NCBI GenBank assembly: GCA_002347705.1
Contig: DDWY01000017.1
Coordinates: 17,315 to 81,314 of the forward strand
Direction of reading: 5' to 3'
DNA length: 64,000 nt
DNA from: Anaerolineaceae bacterium UBA2274
GTDB lineage: Bacteria > Chloroflexota > Anaerolineae > Anaerolineales > Anaerolineaceae
Below, in pieces: positions 57,425 to 64,000 of the stretch. The translations under genes and the position numbers were made by a program. Each line of letters starts with the position of its first letter. Positions within the stretch are counted from its first letter, which is position 1. The notes beneath the pieces are model-generated. The model was not told the origin of the DNA, did no database searches, and worked only from the letters and a program-made list of their open reading frames with translations.

Positions 57425-58195
57425 CTACTGCTTCAGCACTTCCAGCAAGCCCTTGTTTGTCATGTCCATTTGCAGGGGCGTGACGGAAATGAAACCGCGT
57501 TTGATCGCCCAGTAGTCAGTGCCCTCATCCATCAGCCCCGTGGGAGCTTCTCCGCCGATCCAATAATAAGGCTTGCCCTGAGGATCGAGGCGTTTCTCCA
57601 GCACGTCCCGGTACAGCCTGACCCCCTGCCGGGTGTAGAGCACGCCTTCGAACTGCCCGTTTTCCCGGTAAGGCAGGTTGATATTCCAGATCGGCTGCCT
57701 GTTCTTTTCTATCTTATCAGCCAGCAATCCCTGGATCACATCCACCGCGGCTCTGGCAGCAGGGGCAAAATTCAGCTCGCCATCATGATGCTCCGGCGCA
57801 TCCAGCGAAACCGCATAACCCGGCTTGTCGTTGATCGAAGCTTCCATTGCCGCTGTCACCGTCCCGGAGTAAGTTACATCCAAACCCACGTTGGCATTCG
57901 GATTAATACCCGACACCACCACGTCGATCGGTTTTTCAATCGCGCCCATGATGGCGATCGCCACGCAGTCCGAAGGCGCGCCGTCACAAGAAAGAGCCAG
58001 ACTACCATCAGCCAGCTTGACCTCGCGCACCCTCAGAGGGCGGGTCAGGGTTTTGACGTGCCCGCACGCCGACCAGTTATGATCCGGAGCTAACACGCTC
58101 ACTTCATTTCCCGGGATCGCCTTGATCGCCTGAACCAGCGCCAGCAGGCCGGGCGCGAACACGCCATCATCATTCGTAACCAAAAAATGGGTCAT
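57425..58195 (-). CDS. surE: 5'/3'-nucleotidase SurE
   Basis: 256 aa. MTHFLVTNDDGVFAPGLLAL ... SGINPNANVGLDVTYSGTVTAAMEA. Confidence 0.95.
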   Translation of the reverse strand: MTHFLVTNDDGVFAPGLLALVQAIKAIPGNEVSVLAPDHNWSACGHVKTLTRPLRVREVKLADGSLALSCDGAPSDCVAIAIMGAIEKPIDVVVSGINPNANVGLDVTYSGTVTAAMEASINDKPGYAVSLDAPEHHDGELNFAPAARAAVDVIQGLLADKIEKNRQPIWNINLPYRENGQFEGVLYTRQGVRLYRDVLEKRLDPQGKPYYWIGGEAPTGLMDEGTDYWAIKRGFISVTPLQMDMTNKGLLEVLKQ

Positions 58196-58205
58196 CTATT
58201 ACCTC

Positions 58206-61200
58206 TTAATGGCGTTTTCGCCGCTTTTTATTTGGGGTTTTTTCTGCAGTTGGCTTGGGTTCTGCCCCGCCGGCCGCTTTTACCGGAGCAGGCGTCGCAA
58301 GCGCGTTTTGCGCTTCGGCAGCCTTGGTCGGTCGGTAGCGGAACATGCGGCTGATTACCGTCTGACGCACCTCGGAGAGCATCTCCGTAAACAGCGTGCT
58401 CGCCTGGCTCTTATAGCGCACCAGCGGGTCGCGCTGGGCGTAAGATTCCATGCTGATCGAGACCCGCAGGGCTTCCATGCGCGTCAGATATTCCACCCAG
58501 GTCTCTGTAATTGTGCCGAGTAATAAATCGCGGTAGATGCGATTCTGAGCCTTGTCGCCCAAAACTTCCCGGACATCTTCGTGCAGAGTCTCCGGGAGCT
58601 CCTCGATGGCTAATCCCAAAATTGCTCCGAGCTGCTCTTCACCGAGCTTTTTACTCAACCCCTCCCTGGTAGCTTTTGGCAGATCGGCAAGTTTGAAGTT
58701 ATTGTTTGCCAGGTGCTGCAGCTCAAACTCCCCAAAAATTTCGGCAAGTTTCTTTTCTGCACCCTGTAAGTGCGCCAGAATATCTTCGGTAACTTTCTCT
58801 GCCGGCTGCTTCAGCAGCTGTTCCGACATCGAGAAGAGGTAATTCAGCCTCATATAAGTCTGGAAAGTTTTGCGATGCGAACGGCTATCAAAGGCGATCC
58901 GCTTGCCTTCAGTGCTCACCTGAACCAGCTGAGCGCGCGCTTTTTCATCGCTCAGCGCAGCTTGCAGCAATTCCGGATTAGCTTCCAGGTCGCGCCGCAC
59001 CTCCCCATCCGCCCCAAACAGCCGCTCCACCCGCCGATCGAGCGATTCTGCGATTTGGGAATTAATAGTTTGGCGGACTTCTGCCCATGGGAGCTGCGCC
59101 AGATCGATGGGTTTCATTCCCCAATTGTCCCCAAAGCGTTTTTCCAGAGTCAGGAGGATGCGCCGGATAGTCGTGAGTGTCACACTGGTTCTCAAAGCTT
59201 CCTTGAGCGGTTCCTTCATGCTCAGGGGGTCTTCCATCAGGCTGCGCTGCTGCGATGGTGCCATCTTCACCGGAGTCTGCACGATCTCGCCAATCTCTGC
59301 TGCCAGGTCGTGCTGCTCATCCGGGTCAAAGCTCTCCAGGTAGGCATCCAACATTTCATTGCGTTCTGCCAGTTGGGTTTTCATACTCTGCTCGCTGCGT
59401 TCAAAGAGCAGAGCCGCCCCCTCGCGTATGTGCTCGTTCTCACGCAACACGGCCTCTTTTGCCAATGCTGTGAGCTTATCCACCAGAGATTGCTCATCAC
59501 TTGGGGTGCCGAGGTTTTCCATCACCATCTTCAGGGAGTAGCTCGGATAGCTGCCAAAGTCCGTTTGGATCGTGGGTTGGATGTCCTCCAAAAAGCCCAA
59601 CAACTTCCAAGGACCTTCTACATCCTCAAGACCAGTTCGGATCCTGCTGCCAAGCTCGGTGATCAGCATTTCGCTTACGTCTTCATGCAGATCGTCCTTG
59701 GTAAAGATCTTATCCCGCTGGCTGTAAATGCGGTTCCTCTGCGCGTTCAACACATCGTCGTATTCCAGCAAATGCTTGCGCACATCAAAGTTTGCGCCTT
59801 CCACGCGCGTCTGAGACTGCTCAACCAGCCTGTTTACCAGCGATATTTCGATTGGCATGTTCTCATCGATCTTGAAGCGCTGCAGCAAACCTTCCATCTG
59901 TTGCCCGCCAAACATTCGCATCAGGTCATCGTCCAGTGCCAGGTAAAAGCGCGATGAGCCAGGGTCGCCCTGCCGGCCAGCGCGACCGCGAAGCTGGTTA
60001 TCGATGCGGCGCGCCTCGTGGCGCTCTGAGCCAACCACATGCAAGCCGCCCAGTTCGCGCACCTTCGCCATGTTTTCCATGTACACCAGGAAGCCGTCCA
60101 CAGCCTCTTGCTGGCTCTCGTCCAGCTCCGCATTCAGTGCCTTAACCGCCTCTAAGCGCTCAGGCATGGTCATGTTGTAGGGGTCAGTGTGGGTTTTTTC
60201 CACCAGCACCTGGTTCACGCGCGAGAGCAGGCTTTCAGACAGCTCACCCCCCAGCTTGATGTCCACACCGCGGCCAGCCATGTTGGTGGCAATCGTCACC
60301 GCCCCGAACGCGCCCGCGCCGGCGATGATGAGCGATTCTTCGGTATGTTTGCGCGCGTTCAAAACCTGGTGCGGAACGCCGCTGTCAAACAAAGCCCTCA
60401 GCCGCTCCCAATCGCTTTCCTCCAACTTCAGCAGTGCCAGCAGATTCGCTTTGTTGCTTTCATCTGCCAGGTCGAGCGCGGTCATGCCGTTTTGCATTCC
60501 AAGCCGGCGCAATTCCGGCATGCGCAGCTTGTCCAATGGTTCACTTAAAACTCTCAATTCGGGTTGATCCACAAAATCGGCTTCGTTGAGCCCCTTGGTT
60601 TTGAACCATGCCTGGCGGATCAGATTCACTTGCAGCAGTCGCCGCACCATATCTGAGCCCAGTCGCTCCGATAGCCGCTCGGAGTTCTCCACTGAGGTGG
60701 TGCCCACCAACTGCGGTCTTCCAATCACGTGATAGCGCAAGATCTCCAGCACAATCGCGCGCACTTTGCCTTCCGTGGTGCGGTAAATTACATCAGGATA
60801 ATCCTTGCGCTTGTAGAACAGGGGCTTTTTATAAGGATCGGACTCGGCATAGTAGTAGGTGTACTTGTACCCCTCTTCGTCCTTGGCTTCCTCATCGTTC
60901 AGGCCTGAGTCCGGGCGCATTGCCTGGTATTCAAGGTTGGTCGGGATCGCAAGCACGTCCAGTCCATAGATCCGGAAGAATTCCTCTTTTTCAGTGAGGG
61001 CGGTACCCGTCATGCCAGCCAGTTTTTTATACATGCGGAAGTAGTTCTGGATGGTGATGGTGGCATGCGTGATATTCTCCGCCTGCACCTTCACGCCTTC
61101 CTTGGCTTCCACTGCCTGGTGCAGCCCGTCTGACCAGCGCCTTCCGGGCATCATGCGGCCGGTGAACTCGTCCACGATGATGACTTCACCGTTCTGGACG

Positions 61201-62219
61201 ATGTATTCCTTATCCCGGCGGAAGAGGAATCTTGCCCTCAGGGACTGCTCCAGGAAGCCCATCAAGCGCGCCTGCTCGGGGTTGATATCTTCAGGTCGCT
61301 CAGGGTCCGAAAGCGGTTCACCGAGCATCTCTTCCACGTGGGCGATGCCGACCTCCGTCAGGCTCACGGTCTGATCTTTTTCGGCGACTTCATAATCCTC
61401 GGGGTTAAGCGCCTTCACTATCTGCGCCATACGGATGTAGTTCTCCGAATCCTCATGCGAAGGACCAGAAATGATCAGCGGCGTTCGTGCCTCATCGATC
61501 AGGATATTGTCAACTTCATCGATGATGGCGAAATGATGGGGGCGCTGAACGCGCTGCTCCCAGCGCATGGTGATATTGTCGCGCAGGTAGTCAAAACCGA
61601 ACTCGCTGTTGGTTCCATAGGTGATGTCCGCCAGGTAGGCTTGCTTGCGGGGCACCGGTCTGAGCAGATCGGTAGCCTCGGCTAAGGATCGCTCGGTGGG
61701 ATCGAAGATGAAAGCCCGCTCGTTGCCTTCCGCGCTGCCCGCAGACTGGAGTACGCCCACACTCAAACCCAGCATACCAAAGATTGCGCCCATCCAACGA
61801 CCGTCGCGCCTCGCCAGGTAATCATTGACCGTGATCAGGTGTGCGCCTTTGCCCTCCAGCGCGTTGAGGTAGAGCGGCAGCGTGGCTGAGAGGGTCTTGC
61901 CCTCGCCAGTTCGCAGTTCCGAGATGCCCCCCTGGTGCAGGTTAATGCCGCAGATTATCTGGACGTCGTAGTGGCGCTGCCCCAAGACACGCTTGCCGGC
62001 TTCACGCACGGTCGCGAAGGCTTCCGGCAGGAGTTCGTCGAGCGTCTCGCCCTTAGCCAGGCGCGCTTTAAACTCAAGCGTCTTGGCTCCGAGCTCCTCA
62101 TCACTCAATTTCTCAAATTCTGCTTCGAGAGCGTTGATCTGGTCTACAATTATTACCAGCTGGTCTATTTTCTTTTTATGCGGATCTCCATTGAAGATCT
62201 GCCCGAGTTTTTTAAACAT
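58206..62219 (-). CDS. secA: Preprotein translocase ATPase SecA, unusually long (1337 aa)
   Basis: ELRTGEGKTL (Walker A), IIDEVDNILIDEARTPLIISG, VTIATNMAGRGVDIKLGG, ERHEARRIDNQLRGRAGRQGDPGSSRFYL, SYAQRDPLVRYK. There are extra segments in NBD2 and in the helical-wing region. Confidence 0.96.
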   Translation of the reverse strand: MFKKLGQIFNGDPHKKKIDQLVIIVDQINALEAEFEKLSDEELGAKTLEFKARLAKGETLDELLPEAFATVREAGKRVLGQRHYDVQIICGINLHQGGISELRTGEGKTLSATLPLYLNALEGKGAHLITVNDYLARRDGRWMGAIFGMLGLSVGVLQSAGSAEGNERAFIFDPTERSLAEATDLLRPVPRKQAYLADITYGTNSEFGFDYLRDNITMRWEQRVQRPHHFAIIDEVDNILIDEARTPLIISGPSHEDSENYIRMAQIVKALNPEDYEVAEKDQTVSLTEVGIAHVEEMLGEPLSDPERPEDINPEQARLMGFLEQSLRARFLFRRDKEYIVQNGEVIIVDEFTGRMMPGRRWSDGLHQAVEAKEGVKVQAENITHATITIQNYFRMYKKLAGMTGTALTEKEEFFRIYGLDVLAIPTNLEYQAMRPDSGLNDEEAKDEEGYKYTYYYAESDPYKKPLFYKRKDYPDVIYRTTEGKVRAIVLEILRYHVIGRPQLVGTTSVENSERLSERLGSDMVRRLLQVNLIRQAWFKTKGLNEADFVDQPELRVLSEPLDKLRMPELRRLGMQNGMTALDLADESNKANLLALLKLEESDWERLRALFDSGVPHQVLNARKHTEESLIIAGAGAFGAVTIATNMAGRGVDIKLGGELSESLLSRVNQVLVEKTHTDPYNMTMPERLEAVKALNAELDESQQEAVDGFLVYMENMAKVRELGGLHVVGSERHEARRIDNQLRGRAGRQGDPGSSRFYLALDDDLMRMFGGQQMEGLLQRFKIDENMPIEISLVNRLVEQSQTRVEGANFDVRKHLLEYDDVLNAQRNRIYSQRDKIFTKDDLHEDVSEMLITELGSRIRTGLEDVEGPWKLLGFLEDIQPTIQTDFGSYPSYSLKMVMENLGTPSDEQSLVDKLTALAKEAVLRENEHIREGAALLFERSEQSMKTQLAERNEMLDAYLESFDPDEQHDLAAEIGEIVQTPVKMAPSQQRSLMEDPLSMKEPLKEALRTSVTLTTIRRILLTLEKRFGDNWGMKPIDLAQLPWAEVRQTINSQIAESLDRRVERLFGADGEVRRDLEANPELLQAALSDEKARAQLVQVSTEGKRIAFDSRSHRKTFQTYMRLNYLFSMSEQLLKQPAEKVTEDILAHLQGAEKKLAEIFGEFELQHLANNNFKLADLPKATREGLSKKLGEEQLGAILGLAIEELPETLHEDVREVLGDKAQNRIYRDLLLGTITETWVEYLTRMEALRVSISMESYAQRDPLVRYKSQASTLFTEMLSEVRQTVISRMFRYRPTKAAEAQNALATPAPVKAAGGAEPKPTAEKTPNKKRRKRH

Positions 62220-62380
62220 ATGTTATTCCCTGTGAGTCATTAATTTCATCAATTTTGGGCTGCCAAAACCATCGGTTTCAGTTTCCCGCAATGGGAGATT
62301 ATAGCATACCGCCTGCGCGAAGGTTTACGCCGCAGACAGTTCAGGCATTTATAAGGAACAGTTCGCAGGCCAGATTCTTG

Positions 62381-62407
62381 TAGTTCGTAGTTCGTAGTAG
62401 TTCGTAG
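62381..62407. repeat. Short tandem heptamer run (TAGTTCG x3 with one interruption)
   Basis: tagttcg tagttcg tag tagttcg tagg, followed by the hairpin gccggatt-gtgttgttc-aatccggc (62408-62432). Confidence 0.85.
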
Positions 62408-62455
62408 GCCGGATTGTGTTGTTCAATCCGGCATCAGGTGGCAGGTGTTTGTTCT

Positions 62456-62520
62456 GGCGGTGGGTTGGCTTTCAAACGTCGTTATGAAGACAGGCTCTAT
62501 GACGCCAACACACCCTACAA
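62456..62520. repeat. Interspersed repeat family A, 3' half copy (diverged)
   Basis: ggcggtgggttggctttcaaacg...gacgccaacacaccctacaa. Confidence 0.85.
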
Positions 62521-62632
62521 CCATTGCATCCCCAAAATCGTTGGTCAGCGTGTGGAATTAATTAGAGCCCACATGGCACGTAAATAAAAACCAGGTCTGC
62601 GATTGCAGACCTGGTAATGAACAAAAGCTAAA

Positions 62633-64000
62633 TTACTGAACCGTTACGGTCGTATACACTGGCGTCACGTTCCCATTCAGATCCGCCACCAGGAAACCGA
62701 CCAGGTAGTCCCCGCTCGGCAGCCATTCCTGCTTCCACTGGAACGGCTGGCTGCCAAAGGTCAGGGTTTCTCCGTCGCTGTTGGAAATCTTGCTGACCGC
62801 TCCATTGGCATCCAGGTCCAGCCACTTGTAGGAGATCGTGAAGGTATCTCCCGGATTCGGAGTGATTTCAGAGGCATCACCAGCAGTGGTAGTCCCCTTA
62901 AATCCCATCACCTGGAATAAATACTCATCCTTGAAAAGAAGTTGGGCTGCGCGGGTTTCGCCCGTTTCGCTGAAGGTGTAGGTGCCATCCACCGCATAAA
63001 CCGCCTGCTCAGCCGAAGCCCCGTAGGAGACCGGGTTGAGCAGCGCGATACCTGATTCAGTGCCATTGGTGATGGTAAAAACGAGCGGCTCAAACTCAAA
63101 ATTGAGTCTAAAAGTTTGCGCGTCTGGCCAGATGGGGTAATAAACGCCCCCCTCAGTACCGGTGGAAGGACTTTCAACATAATCCGTATCCGCCACAAAA
63201 ATGCTATTCGAAGCCGTATCAACCAGGCCTGTAAAGAGATAAATATAGCCGATGTTTTCGCCCGTGATAGTCGTGCTGAGAGTGATCGCATCGCCCGGGG
63301 CGACCCTGTTGGCAGTCGCGCTGATGTCAGAAACCGAAAATGTGCCCGCCCCCGGTATCTGGCTGGCACGGCTGATATTCACCGCTTCCATAGCATTCGC
63401 CGTGAACTGCCTTCCGCCATAGTGATAACCCAGGAAATCATCCCAGAGGGATGCCCGGCTGAAGCTGTTTGCAATCACCGAGTAGGATGCCATGCCCGTG
63501 GAGGCATTGCTGTAAAGCTGGGAATTGGGGAAGTAGATGGCAATTCCAGTGGAACCGGGTTTGGACGGACCGTGCTTCTCCGCCACCACTACGCGCGAAA
63601 GAGCACTCAGGATGTTATTTGCCTGCTGGCGGGTGGCGCTGTCGCCGGCATACTTGGCCGTCAGCGCCGCAAAGTGTCCCAGGTCGATGAATGAGGGTGG
63701 CACATTCGTGCCGAATATTGAGCTGTAGGACTGCGCGTAAGTGCGCGCCTGCGCCACCGCCCGCTGGTCCAGGCTCTGCATGTGGTAGGAAAATTGATTA
63801 AGCGCGTTCAGCAATAGCGGCAGGTTCTCAAGATTCACTGCCGTCAGCGTGATGTTCTGCTCAAGCTGGGTCGCTAACTGCTGCGCGCTCATGCGATTAA
63901 CGAACCATCCGCCACTGCTGGAATTTTGTGCCAGGAATTCCGCGCGTGCCTGGTCATCGACCACGCGCTGATCCTGGTTGATGTAGGAATCCACAATATT
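62633..64000 (-). CDS. C-terminal part of a secreted clostripain-like (C11 family) protein; 5' end probably beyond the right window edge
   Basis: The frame is open to the window end; the ORF-track 'M' at 63994 is a GTG. TLTAVNLENLPLLLNAL, SFIDLGHFAALTAKY and HGPSKPGSTGIAIYFPNS resemble the post-catalytic region of C11 peptidases as I remember them. Beta-rich C-terminal domains follow. Confidence 0.5.
   Translation of the reverse strand, partial: NIVDSYINQDQRVVDDQARAEFLAQNSSSGGWFVNRMSAQQLATQLEQNITLTAVNLENLPLLLNALNQFSYHMQSLDQRAVAQARTYAQSYSSIFGTNVPPSFIDLGHFAALTAKYAGDSATRQQANNILSALSRVVVAEKHGPSKPGSTGIAIYFPNSQLYSNASTGMASYSVIANSFSRASLWDDFLGYHYGGRQFTANAMEAVNISRASQIPGAGTFSVSDISATANRVAPGDAITLSTTITGENIGYIYLFTGLVDTASNSIFVADTDYVESPSTGTEGGVYYPIWPDAQTFRLNFEFEPLVFTITNGTESGIALLNPVSYGASAEQAVYAVDGTYTFSETGETRAAQLLFKDEYLFQVMGFKGTTTAGDASEITPNPGDTFTISYKWLDLDANGAVSKISNSDGETLTFGSQPFQWKQEWLPSGDYLVGFLVADLNGNVTPVYTTVTVQ

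Noticed and set aside
58770-59957. 395-aa plus-strand ORF, with several shorter ones, inside secA.
   Set aside because: They are antisense to the secA frame, which has all SecA motifs. Long antisense ORFs are expected in GC-rich genes, and the sequence has no recognisable motifs.
1-64000. tRNA, rRNA, tmRNA, RNase P, SRP RNA or riboswitch genes in the intergenic regions.
   Set aside because: Reading the longer intergenic stretches, I recognised no cloverleaf-compatible sequence or conserved RNA motif. This is a by-eye scan only. tRNAscan-SE and Infernal/Rfam should be run to confirm.

Overview
This is a 64-kb bacterial chromosomal segment that is almost fully coding.

**Centre (20.1-36.9 kb, minus strand).** A ribosomal-protein supercluster runs rplC through rplQ and includes secY, adk, map and rpoA. 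It is followed by truA and rplM-rpsI. rpsJ and infA are not at their usual positions.

**Left flank (0-20 kb).** Housekeeping and envelope genes:
- PepF-like, YugP-like and Ctp peptidases
- HAD nucleotidase, LOG-family protein, J-domain protein, PlsC-like acyltransferase
- MscS channel, thioesterase, S1C protease
- xseAB, a divergent PAP2 protein, murJ, and a YabN/MazG-like fusion

**Right flank (37-64 kb).**
- A lipoprotein and a 1541-aa subtilase.
- feoA-feoB plus a small Cys-rich peptide, with a divergent DtxR-family regulator.
- An accessory-looking patch: a YkgJ-like Cys protein, a pRiA4b-ORF3 (MM3350)-like protein, a deoxynucleoside kinase, a RecQ helicase fused to a ComFC-like PRTase and translationally coupled to a DprA/Smf-like protein, a TM2 protein, and an IS110 transposase remnant.
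- surE, a 1337-aa secA, and a clostripain-like gene running off the right edge.

**Repeats.** Nearly every long intergenic region carries one of several families of hairpin-forming interspersed repeats. These include a 1.4-kb five-unit tandem array at 14.4-15.8 kb.

**Not found.** I recognised no rRNA, tRNA, CRISPR array or cas gene by eye.

**Best candidate for an undescribed system.** The RecQ::PRTase + DprA-like pair at 52.6-55.7 kb.

**Taxon.** Chloroflexota/Anaerolineae-like. This is a guess from gene and repeat style only.
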